This document shows, piece after piece, positions 1-11,046 of a stretch of DNA of 64,000 nucleotides; position 1 is the stretch's first letter; each line of letters starts with the position of its first letter. The DNA comes from Octopus sinensis. Taxonomy: Eukaryota. Below the pieces are notes generated by a model. The model did not search any database, was not told the origin of the DNA, and worked only from the letters and a program-made list of their open reading frames with translations. Made by a program: the position numbers and the translations under genes. The stretch lies in contig NC_043011.1 of assembly GCF_006345805.1 (NCBI RefSeq), forward strand, positions 11,904,001 through 11,968,000. The letters are read 5' to 3'.

Positions 1-34
1 AAATGACGGCAATCTATCATACAATTTTAAGTCA

Positions 35-125
35 CCTACGGACGTACGTTTCGAAATTACGTTTTAGGAAAGCATAAGAATTAGATAATTATGCCTTACC
101 CAACTTCTTTTCTCATCAGCGTAGG
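35..125 (-). ncRNA. Type I hammerhead ribozyme, minimal stem III
   Basis: Reverse complement reads CCUACG-CUGAUGA-[G...C ~60-nt stem II]-GAAAC-GUAC-GUC-CGUAGG. Core is intact and stem I has 6 bp. Confidence 0.8.
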
Positions 126-556
126 ACACTACAATTATGAATAATTGTGAGATCTCCCTTTTAGTAGAAAGAATAGCTATAACTCTTTGACTGCTATTTC
201 TAAATTCGGTGTGTGGTGAGGCAAATCGTTGCTAAACCCTTAATTACTTAGTATTACTTAAACTTTCCTCGAATGAGGCTTTTACATGCCGAAATCTACT
301 TGGTGAAATTAATGATTATTCCAAATTAATTAATTTCACCCTATATTATTACTGATAACCATATTTCATCCCAGTAAATGACCACAACATCTTGTCTTGG
401 CTATACGCGGGTGGGAGGGGGTTGGTGACACAAACTTTCATTCACACTTTGAATTTGGTGATACTGGTAACGGCTTTAGCTCGCTCTGATACTGAGTTGA
501 GATGATGCCTTCTAGTACCTCGAAATTTAATATACAATTATTCATAATTGTAGTGT

Positions 557-647
557 CCTACGCTGATGAGAAAAGAAGTTGGGTAAGACATAATTATCTA
601 ATTCTTATGCTTTCCTAAAACTTAATTTCGAAACGTACGTCCGTAGG
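557..647 (+). ncRNA. Type I hammerhead ribozyme, minimal stem III
   Basis: CCTACG 557-562 pairs with CGTAGG 642-647. CTGATGA 563-569, stem II 570-629, GAAAC 630-634, palindromic GTAC loop, GTC cleavage triplet 639-641. Confidence 0.8.
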
Positions 648-829
648 TGACTTAAAATTGTATGATAGATTGCCGTCATTTCTTTCTCTCTTGCCTGTCT
701 GTGTTTGCCTTTCAAGTGCTGTGGTTTTACTGAGATCTCCCTTTTAGTAGAAAGAATAGCTATAACTCTTTGACTGCTATTTCTAAATTCGGTGTGTGGT
801 GAGGCAAATCGTTGCTAAACCCTTAATTA

Positions 830-832
<3 letters not shown>

Positions 833-911
<79 letters not shown>

Positions 912-922
912 ATATGTATGTA

Positions 923-978
<56 letters not shown>

Positions 979-1230
979 TATATACATATATATATACATA
1001 TTTATATATATATATATTTATATGTATATATATATATACATATATATATATATGTATATGTATATATATACATATATATATGTATATATATGTATGTATA
1101 TATATATATGTATATATATATGTGTGTATGTGTGTGTATGTGTGTGTATGTATGTATGTTTGTGTGTATGCGTGCCTGCGTGTGGTGCATGTATGTATGT
1201 ATGTATGTGTGTGTGCGCGCGCGTGCGTAT
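833..1230. repeat. Compound (TA)n/(TATG)n/(TG)n microsatellite
   Basis: Direct inspection. Confidence 0.95.
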
Positions 1231-2611
1231 TTGTGCATCAAATTCCACTCACAAGGCATTTGTCGACCCCAGGCTATACTAGAACTCCCTTTGGTAGGAC
1301 GTTACTGTCGTATATTGTAGTTGTTGTATTGGGTGTGCAGTGCACATCTAGCCCACCCGGAATATACGTCCCCGGACGCAATGGGACTGAACCTGAAACC
1401 ACAACCTTCTTAACCATGCCTAATATATAGATAGACATACGTGTTCATACATACACGCGCGCACGTGCATATCTATATCTCTAGCTTTCTTCTCTTACTC
1501 TCTTCTCTTACTCTCTCACCTTCCTCTTTCCCCTACTCTCCAGATCGTTACTACAGATGATTTACTGGTGACGAACAACAGATAAAGAAGGCAACTTCAA
1601 TTATTTTCGGATTACAGCTGTCTGTTCTTCAATTAAACCGTGAGGAAACGTCCTGGTGGGAAACAGTGACTGCAACAATGATGATGGCATCAGTTACGAC
1701 AATAATACTACCAACGACAGTTATAGAAATAATAGGGATGAAAATAAAAGTCACCACACAGGTAAAATATTTGTGCGTAGGAATGATACTATCGATAGAA
1801 ACAGCAATAATAGCAGCAATAGCTTCGACAGATATAGTGCAAGCCAGCAAGGGGGCTTCAATGTAGTTGCCCAATCTACTAGAATTAACAATTTCCTGAA
1901 TTCCTTTTCTTGTACACGGGAAAGAGACAGCTTTAATGCCTTTGATCATAGATATGGTCGACCACAAAAGATTTGTAAGCTTAACAACAACTACAGCTCT
2001 AGAAAAATATTGTAATGCTTCTCTCGGTAATTGGTGCCTAATGGTGGAACTGCATCCTTACCAAAAGAAAAGCACAAAGAATTGTTATAAGTTGAACAAT
2101 TTTGGAACGTCTCAGCTTTCAGAGACATACAATAAAATATGTTAGCAAAATACACTACACAGCCCTCCACTTGTACACTAGTGTCCACCACTATACTTCA
2201 GAATATTTCATCTTTCTATACAACATAACTTTAGAACAACAGAACTGTATTTGCATGACAACACACCATACCATCCACCATGGAGTAAATCATCTCCAAT
2301 CTTCACATCATGCTCCACTCCACATTGCTACGTTGTACACTGCCCGTCTTCAAGACATCACGTTCTACTCCAATTCCCTCTACGTTCGAAACTTTATAAC
2401 TTGCGGATATCGATCTACATCGACATCTACAATGCCATATCACACCATAGAAGTTCTGAATATACAATCACTGCTTCGCTGTTTGTTTGACTTAAGAAGT
2501 CTTGAAGTTTCATCATCATTATTATTTGAATATCTTGCGAAAGGAAGAACTGAACTTTGCTGATCTCATTCTTGTTTCAGTCACCTTTCGGCGGTATATC
2601 ACGGAACGTCT

Positions 2612-2972
2612 TGGCTGTGTGGTAAGTAGCTTGCTTACCAGCCACATGGTTGCACCTTGGGCAAGTGTCTTCTACTATAGCCTCGGGCCGACCAAAGCCT
2701 TGTGAGTGGATTTGGTACACGGAAACTGAAAGAAGCCTATCGTATATATGTATATATATATATGTGTGTGTGTTTGTGTGTCTGTGTCCCCCCAACATCG
2801 CTTGACAACCGATGCTGGTGTGTTTACATCCCTGTAACTTAGCGGTTCTGCAAAAGAGACCGATAGAATAAGTACTGGGCTTACAAAGAATAAGTCCTGG
2901 GGGGTCGAGTTCTTCGACTAAAGGCGGTGCTCCAGCATGGCCGCAGTCAAATAACTGAAACAAGTAAAAGAG
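2612..2972 (+). mobile_element. tRNA-derived SINE family S1 (internal TA/TG microsatellite, RTE-like tail)
   Basis: Matches the multicopy TGGCTGTGTGGTAAG...GCGGTGCTCCAGCATGGCCGCAGTCAAATGACTGAAACAAGTAAAAGAG repeat seen more than 10 times in this window. Confidence 0.85.
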
Positions 2973-3022
2973 TAACTCTGTATGTTGGCTCCAACCACTG
3001 ACAGTATTAAAATATATTAACA

Positions 3023-3243
3023 CTGGCAGAAACGGTAGCACGCCGGGCGAAATGCGTAGCCGTATTTCGTCTGCCGTTACGTTCTGAGTTCAAATTCCGC
3101 CGAGGTTGACTTTGCCTTTCATCCTTTCGGGGTCGATTAAATAAGTACTAGTTACGCACTGAGGTCGATATAATCGACTTAATCCGTTTGTCTGTCCTTG
3201 TTTGTCACATCTGTGTTTAGCCCCTTGTGGGTAGTAAAGAAAT
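3023..3243 (+). mobile_element. tRNA-derived SINE family S2
   Basis: B-box-like GAGTTCAAATTCC and central GACTTTGCCTTTCATCCTTTCGGGGTCG domain; same family at 37446, 46774 and 56885. Confidence 0.85.
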
Positions 3244-4042
3244 ATATATTAACACTGTAAGCACACACGCACGCTCGTGCGCACGCTATTAATTTTGGAT
3301 GTAACTAAAAATTGTACAGATTTTTAATATATTTTTTTTGCTTTATTCCTTGCAGGTTAACATGGACATTAATTATAAATATTTAAATCTATGTATGTGC
3401 TCGCGTAGGTGTAACATTAAGAGCATATCTATATATACTACGTGTGTTCACACGAGTATGAGAGTCTGCTTGTTTGTATACGCATGCATTTAAGTGTGTG
3501 TGTGTATATTCCCGTGTACATTCTTCTTTATACATGCATTGGTGTACGTTCGTTAATATGTTTATTCATGACAACGTAAATCACAGCGTGTATATATATG
3601 CGTCGGTGTATGGATGTTTGTGTGTGGGTGTATATATCCGATCCGTTTGTATCTGCGCACGTGCGCGCTCGTATCATTTATTTCGCGAATTACAAGTCTG
3701 CTTCAACAACAATACGTACGCGCGCGTGTATATATGTGTGTGTGTGTGTGTATGTGTGTGTGTGGCGGGGATTGGTGCATTTGTGCATTATTACGTCCTT
3801 GTTCGATCTTTCTCAGACGATTAAAGCATTTAAATCTGACCAACAACCTGCCGTATTTTAACTCTAAACTTCGTTATGTCGCAGCCACTGCACCAACGCC
3901 CTCGCCGTACACGGGCACAATGGCCGGCTTTACTGGTTTTTAAATATACATGCGATAAAACAGAATTAATGAAAAGGAAAAATGGGGGGGAAGACTATTA
4001 GAAAGAAAAGAAAGAGAAAAGAGAGTAGAGTATAGAATAGAA

Positions 4043-4110
4043 TAGAAAGAAAGAAAGAAAGAAAGAAGTAAAGAAAGAAATAAAGAAAGAAGGAAAGAAA
4101 GAAAGAAGTA

Positions 4111-4154
<44 letters not shown>

Positions 4155-4200
4155 AAAAGAAAGAAAGAACGAGAGAAGGAAAGAAAGAGAGAAAGAAAGA
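4043..4200. repeat. (GAAA)n microsatellite
   Basis: Direct inspection. Confidence 0.9.
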
Positions 4201-4835
4201 AAGGGAATAAAAAATCGATAAAGAAAATAATGAGAATGAAAGGAAAGGGGTTGGGTAGAAAAGCAAAGGGATGAGTAAAAAGGAAAAGAAAGAACGGAAA
4301 GTGAAAGGAGAAGGAAGATGTGAAGAGCGCAAAACGAACAAGAAAATAATGAAATGGAAATACAACAAAAAAAAGCTTTAAAAACCGTGAAAGAGTAGGA
4401 GGAGGGGCAGAGGGCAATAAGTTGATGGAAGACGATTGGGAAGAAGAGATATAATATATGTGTATACGAGGGGGACGAACGAAAACGAAAAAGGTTAAGA
4501 ACAATTAATGAGTGACTTTAATGAGAGAGTAATGAGTCATTAAACGTATCCTAATAAGGCCAGTCAGCACGTGAGCTAAGTACCTCCATCAGTGGACGAG
4601 CATAGAACCTCCAACAGACGGGAGGGAGCTCAGCAACGCTACGACTTCTTAGAATGACGCGCGCTGACACATATGCTCCTAAATCTGTGGTTCTCTGCCT
4701 ATGTTGTAAGTTGGTTGCATGTGTTTAACTTTCTGTTCCAACCTTTCTCCTTCTCTTTCACCCACACGCTTTCAGATTAAATATTATTTACATATTTTCC
4801 TTCTAATTTGCGCTCAATTTCCTATCTCTTTTTAT

Positions 4836-4836
<1 letters not shown>

Positions 4837-4901
<65 letters not shown>

Positions 4902-4938
4902 GTCTGTCTGTCTGTCTGTCTATCTAGCTATCTATCTA

Positions 4939-4981
<43 letters not shown>

Positions 4982-5042
4982 ATCTATCCATCTATCTATC
5001 TATCTATCTATCTGTCTGTCTATCTGTCTATCTATCTGTCTA

Positions 5043-5073
<31 letters not shown>

Positions 5074-5086
5074 AGCTATCTATCTA

Positions 5087-5177
<91 letters not shown>

Positions 5178-5178
5178 G

Positions 5179-5233
<55 letters not shown>

Positions 5234-5324
5234 GTCTATCTGTCTATCTATCTGTCTATCTGTCTGTTTGTCTGTATGTCTGTCTATCTATCTATCTATC
5301 TGTCTGTCTCTCTCTCTCTCTGTC

Positions 5325-5363
<39 letters not shown>

Positions 5364-5420
5364 GTCTGTCTATCTATCTGTCTGTTTGTTTGTCTGTCTG
5401 TCTATCTAGCTATCTATCTG

Positions 5421-5497
<77 letters not shown>

Positions 5498-5531
5498 CTA
5501 TCTATCTATCTATCTGTCTGTCTATCTAGCT
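4837..5531. repeat. Compound (TATC)n/(TGTC)n/(TC)n array, left flank of Tx1 insertion
   Basis: Direct inspection; recurring TCTAGCT variant units. Confidence 0.95.
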
Positions 5532-6152
5532 TCTTAACTAGCTCACCCTCTACTCTATTTCTATCTATGGCTAGTGCTTTGCTGTACCTAATCGCTTCTG
5601 CTTTTACTGCTCTCTTGAGGGCAAACCACCATTTGTTGTTGATGATGGCTCCCGTCAAAGCCCTCTTTACTAGTGTGCTAATCCGGTCTCTGAAAACTTG
5701 TCTCGATGGGAAAGACGCGTTTAGTTTCCAGTATCCGGGACCCTGCCTAAGTGTCTTACCTAAGTCTAGCGTACATGTCACAAGTTTGTGATCCGTGTAG
5801 CTGACTATGTGGAATTGTGGACATCCTATGCTATCTCTATCTACTGTCCTACACAGTATCCTATCTAGATACGATCTCGACGACCCGATGCGGTTGCTCC
5901 ATGTCCACGTTGGCGCATTCGGGTGGTCTAGTCGGAACCTGTCAGACAGTTGAAAGCGTCTGAGCAGGTCTCTGAGGCATTTGCATCCCCGTCTATTCCT
6001 ATCTCTACCCACGTAGTCTACATGCGTGTCCAAGGTAGCATTCCAATCCCCCACTAAGAGTAAGGGATGAGACGTTCCCAAGAAAACTTCTAGACGTTGA
6101 AAGAAATCCGCCCGACCTGTTAACGGCGGTGCGTAAACTGATACGAGTCTAG
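5525..6152 (-). pseudogene. Inverted ORF2 fragment: C-terminal part of APE endonuclease plus linker
   Basis: Motifs RLVSVYAP, LLLVGDWNATL, TWTW, SYLDRIL, YTDHKLV and PGYWKLN are typical of L1/Tx1 APE domains. Confidence 0.9.
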
Positions 6153-8634
6153 AAGCGGCATCGCATCCGACGTTTTGGTGGCGAGGTTGGCCCTCGACCA
6201 ACACTTCAACGCCAAACACGAAGGATGTGCTGTCAGAGCTAGGATGCGTGCTCTAAGGAACGAAGGTGTTGGAGCCGCGAGAGAGGCCCGGGTGGCAGAG
6301 GCGCAACAGGGCAACAAAGCCACCATTCGGTCACTGGTAGATGAACAGGGGCGCGAATTGCTCGAGCCAAGTAAAATGTGTGAGGCCTTTCAGCAGCATT
6401 TTGCCCGACTGTTCGGAACGAGTGGAGGGCAAGAACGTAGGGTGGACTTCAGTGCCTACCTACATAGCCTACCACGACTCTCGACAAGAAAGGCAGGGTG
6501 CTGCGAAGGTGCCATCACGGCGGCGGAAGTGCGGGAAGCGATGGCAGAATGCTCGAGGGACAAATCACCGGGTTTGGATGGTCTACCCTACGAGCTTTAC
6601 AATTGTATGCCAGACTTGTTTGGAGATCTCTTGGCGGCGGTGTACTGCAACTGGCAGCAAAACGGGAGCATTCCTGGTTTTGTGAGCCGAGGAGCCGTAA
6701 CACTGCTGAAGAAAGATCTAAACAAGGGAAATGTAATAGATAACTTTAGGCCCATCACTCTGCTTAATGCAGACTTGAAAATTTTGGCCAAGGTGCTAGC
6801 CAAGAGGTTGGCGCTTGTCATCGAGAAACTGGTCGACAAGGCGCAAACATGCGCCGTGCCAGGCCGGACCATCCATGACAACCTCCATCTGATGCGCTAC
6901 ATCATAGACAGGGTAGTTAACGAACCTGGCATGGGTGGGGCCCTGATCAACTTGGATCAATCGAAAGCCTTTGATAGGGTAGACCATCGATACTTTGGGG
7001 CAGTCCTGAGAGCGGCTGGTTTCGGTCCCGTCTTCCGCGGCTGGATAGCTGCCTTGTACAGAGGCATCCGTTCGGTAATTCGCGTAAATGGACATCTATC
7101 GAGACCTTTCGACATTGCACGTTCGGTCCGTCAGGGATGCCCCCTCTCGGCGCTTCTATACGTATTGACTCTTGAGTCACTACTGCGGAAGCTGGCGACT
7201 CTAAGGGGCATCCCGCGAGAATTGGGATGCGGGACGAGCGTGTCTGCATACGCGGACGACGTCACCGTCATAGTGTCTAGCCACGAGCACATCGAGCTGG
7301 TCGGCGAGACACTGAAAAACTACGAAGCGGTGACAGGAGCGAAAATCAACCGGGAAAAGTCAGTGGGCTTGCGACTAGGCACCTGGAGAAGCAAGCCCAT
7401 GCCGTCCACCAGCGCCTCCGTCGTGGGACGCTGGACCGACGGCCCGGTTGAGTTGCTCGGGGTCTGGTTTGGTCCGGACCTCCAAGTGGAGAAGAACTGG
7501 AACGAGATAACGAGTAGGGTGGTCACTCTCGCCCGGCAATGGGCCGAGAGGAAACTGTCCCTAAAAGGTCGAGCGGAGGTGGCGAACACGTACATCGCGT
7601 CCGTCATCTACTACCGCCTGACCGTCGTACCTTGTCCCGACCCTACCATCACCAAACTACAACGCATCCTCTTTCGCTTCTTGTGGAAAGGATGCGTCCC
7701 GATGGTCAGGCGATCCATTTGCTGTCAACACCCGTTAAAAGGAGGGCTGGGCATGCCGTGGTTGATGATGCGCAGACACGCGCTGAGACTGCGACATCTC
7801 TGGCTCTATGTAGACGACGGTGAACAGGTGTGGTCGCCGTTTGTGAGGCACGCTTTCCCGCAGCTCGTCTCCATGACCGAACTGCAGTCGTGGATCAAAA
7901 AGAGGCCGAGGAAGGGCGAATGGCACCGCGAGTGTCGCGTTGCTCTCAAGCAACTCTGCCGTCCTGGGTCGACCTTAAGTGACTTCAACACAACCAAAGC
8001 ATTCTATAGGGGTTTAGTGGAGGGGAGGTACGACGACGAGCTCGGGGCGAACCTGGACGTCGACGAGGAGTACCTGACCCGCCTGTTCAGGACGACTTTC
8101 GGGCCAGGGCCCATGGACAACTTCCAGAGATCCCTGGCCTGGCAGTGCTACCGAGAAGCGCTACCCGTTCGGGATAAGCTCTACAGACACGGCTCGAGAA
8201 ACACGGGGCCGACCTGCCCGAGATGCGGTCAGAGCGACGAAACCGTTCTGCACGCACTCGTTCAGTGTCCAACAATTTCCGACCTGTGGGCTTATGTCGA
8301 ACAACTGCTGTCACGTGTGGGACGAGTCGGTTTATCAGCTGAGTCTATCGTCAATATTGTCACGCCTCCTTCCTTCAAACGGGAAGGAAGAGCTATTTTC
8401 ATCATCCTTGTGGCTATGGCGAAAGAATGTATCTGGTGGACGCGTCTGAAAGGATTGGAGACAAACACTTTCCTCTCTGGTCAATCTCTCATCAACTTCT
8501 TCAAGTACCACTTGAAAAGGAAAGTAAGAGTAGAGAGGCAAGTTTTGTCTAGCGAATGTTTTAAAAAAAGATGGGTGAATGTAGCAAGAATGGCACGTAT
8601 GAATGACGAAGCCACCTTGAGCATAGTCCTATCA
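6151..8634 (+). CDS. ORF2 remainder: reverse transcriptase plus C-terminal CCHC zinc knuckle (5'-truncated, frame intact)
   Basis: KSPGLDGLPYE, NFRPITLLNAD, LDQSKAFDRV, RQGCPLS, YADDV, LLGV, CPRC...H...C. The native stop corresponds to 8632-8634, which is TCA here and TGA in the sister copies. Confidence 0.92.
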
Positions 8635-8835
8635 ACCCAGAAATCGAAAACAGAGAGTTGCTTATTTGCAAAAAAAAAAAAAAAAAAAAAGAAATATAAA
8701 ATGTGACTTCATTGACCGAGGTTACCGTGGTCTTTTCCGTAGGCTTTTCTTTCCACGGGTAAACCTCACCTGTCCTCCCCTTTACACTTCATATTGACAT
8801 TTCTGTGATAACGATCCCTATTGATCAATTTTTTT

Positions 8836-10762
8836 GGTTAATATAGGGCGTAACAAATATCAGAAAATCAAAAAAAAAAATGTGTGTAATAGGTGTAAAA
8901 CAACTTCCTATGAACGAATATGAAAAAAAAAATTCGCGCACGCGAAAGCGGGGTGGGGGAGAGGCCTCGGAAAATTCACATCGGGAAGTTCCGAAAGCGT
9001 CTGAGGGGCTGACCCGGGCACCAAAACAAAAAAAAAATAGTGTAATATGTGTAAAACAACTTGCTCTAAACGAATATGAAAAAAAAAATGCGCTCTCGAG
9101 AAAGAGGGGTGGGGGAGAGGCCTCGGAATATTTATATCGGGAATTTCCGAAAGCGTCTGAACCGGGCACAAAAACAAAAGCAAAAACAGCGTAATAGGTG
9201 TAAAACAACTTGCTCTAAACGACTATCATGAAAAAATGCGCGCTCGCGAAAGGGGGGTGGGGAGAGGCTTCGGAAATTTCACATCTTCAGTCCACGGCCT
9301 TTAAACTAAGAAAAAATAGTGTAATTGGTGTAAAACTACTTGTTCTAAACGAGTATCAAGAACACACACTCACACATGAATCATAAACTCCGTATTTCGC
9401 AAAAAAAAAAAATAAAGAGAAGAAATTCTGGAAAAAGTGAAGAAATGTTGGATCTCATTCCTTGGTTAAAGCTATTTTAAACATTAAATTTATGCTTTTC
9501 TTTGAAATAGTTCAGATATATGCAATTCTTCTCACTTATTAAGATGCATTTATCAGAAAAAAAGAGACAGAAAAAATTATTATTTTGTGTCAATCCTTCC
9601 CTAATTATCCTTTATTAATTAGTTTTGGCGTGTATTTTTTTCCCAAATTTATTCTTTCACCTTTACAACACTGTTTAGTAAAGCAATTAATTATCTTTAT
9701 AATTTGCATATTTGACTTATTAATCAAAATTCTCTAGATGTAATATATACTAAGTAATGCATCCTTCATTTATGTGTTCCGTTCTGTATTATGCATGCGT
9801 GACTGTTTGTATGTAAGTGTGTTTAACTGTGCACATGAATGTGAATATTAAAGAACATATTTATTTACTATGATTGTTATTTTCAGAACAAATAAATCTT
9901 TTGGCTGTTATGTTATTGATGTTATTATTATTGCTAGTTAAAGGGTGGTGACTTGGCTGAATATTTTGAGTCTTGTAGTATGTAGTTGTGTTAGTCAATA
10001 TTCTGAGTTCAAATCCAACTCATTTCTTTATCATCATTATCGATGGACCACTCAAAGAGGTATGTATACATTATCATTTTCGTAACATAATTTCTGTAGT
10101 ATTTCAAGATGTTTCTGACACGTATTTTGATTCACATGGCGGAGATCCAACATTTCTTCACTTTTTCCAGAATTTCTTCTCTTTATTTTTTTTTTTTGCG
10201 AAATACGGAGTTTATGATTCATGTGTGAGTGTGTGTTCTTGATACTCGTTTAGAACAAGTAGTTTTACACCAATTACACTATTTTTTCTTAGTTTAAAGG
10301 CCGTGGACTGAAGATGTGAAATTTCCGAAGCCTCTCCCCACCCCCCTTTCGCGAGCGCGCATTTTTTTCATGATAGTCGTTTAGAGCAAGTTGTTTTACA
10401 CCTATTACGCTGTTTTTGTTTTTGTTTTTGTGCCCGGTTCAGACGCTTTCGGAAATTCCCGATATAAATATTCCGAGGCCTCTCCCCCACCCCTCTTTCT
10501 CGAGAGCGCATTTTTTTTTCATATTCGTTTAGAGCAAGTTGTTTTACACATATTACACTATTTTTTTTTTTGTTTTGGTGCCCGGGTCAGCCCCTCAGAC
10601 GCTTTCGGAACTTCCCGATGTGAATTTTCCGAGGCCTCTCCCCCACCCCGCTTTCGCGTGCGCGAATTTTTTTTTTCATATTCGTTCATAGGAAGTTGTT
10701 TTACACCTATTACACACATTTTTTTTTTGATTTTCTGATATTTGTTACGCCCTATATTAACC
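8836..10762. mobile_element. Foldback-type non-autonomous DNA transposon with ~620-bp modular TIRs
   Basis: 8836-9456 is inverted at 10142-10762. GG...CC ends, 8-bp TSD ATTTTTTT, sub-repeats starting near 8888, 9044, 9193 and 9323, AT-rich non-coding spacer. Confidence 0.88.
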
Positions 10763-10932
10763 ATTTTTTTTTTCCTCTCCCCCTTTTTTTTGTCCTCTTT
10801 CTCTCCTTTTACGATCCCTTTTGATCGAAACTCCCCCTTCCTTTTTTTTTTTTTTTTAAACCTTCAAAAGAAAAGCTCTACCTTGTAATTTGTTCTATCT
10901 GTGTGCAGCCCTGCTATCTGTGTGCAGCCCTG

Positions 10933-10995
10933 TCTATCTATTTGTCTGTCTGTTTGTTTGTCTGTCTGTCTATCTAGCTATCTATCTGTCTCTCC

Positions 10996-11044
<49 letters not shown>

Positions 11045-11046
11045 AC
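10933..11046. repeat. (TATC)/(TGTC)/(TC) array, right flank of Tx1 insertion
   Basis: Direct inspection. Confidence 0.9.

Larger units (their letters stand above)
1..833. mobile_element. Penelope-like pseudo-LTR or retrozyme-like repeat unit with hammerhead ribozymes (truncated by window edge)
   Basis: 1-148 is an inverted copy of 534-681; 148-250 is a direct copy of 731-833 (period 583 bp). Both inverted copies contain a hammerhead core. No RT or GIY-YIG ORF is visible in the window. Confidence 0.55.
5525..10932 (+). mobile_element. L1/Tx1-clade non-LTR retrotransposon, 5'-truncated with 5' inversion; 3' UTR interrupted by a foldback element
   Basis: APE fragment on minus strand, RT-CCHC on plus strand; 3' UTR matches the minus-strand copies at 39357-43683. 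Confidence 0.93.

Noticed and set aside
796-1430. YI/VC-rich ORFs, and similar ones at 11492-12169, 24814-25548 and 55716-56737
   Set aside because: They are translations of stop-free microsatellites
1500-2015. Possible host exon: pyrimidine tract and CAG at ~1543 with an N/S/D-rich ORF at 1656-2015
   Set aside because: All three frames hit stops soon after the acceptor and no domain is recognisable; RNA-seq or a protein search would be needed
4560-4690. Short open frame on the minus strand (DLGAYVSARV...)
   Set aside because: No recognisable homology and weak splice context
8632-8706. Lysine-rich C-terminal extension of the 843-aa ORF
   Set aside because: TGA-to-TCA change in this copy only; the three sister copies stop here
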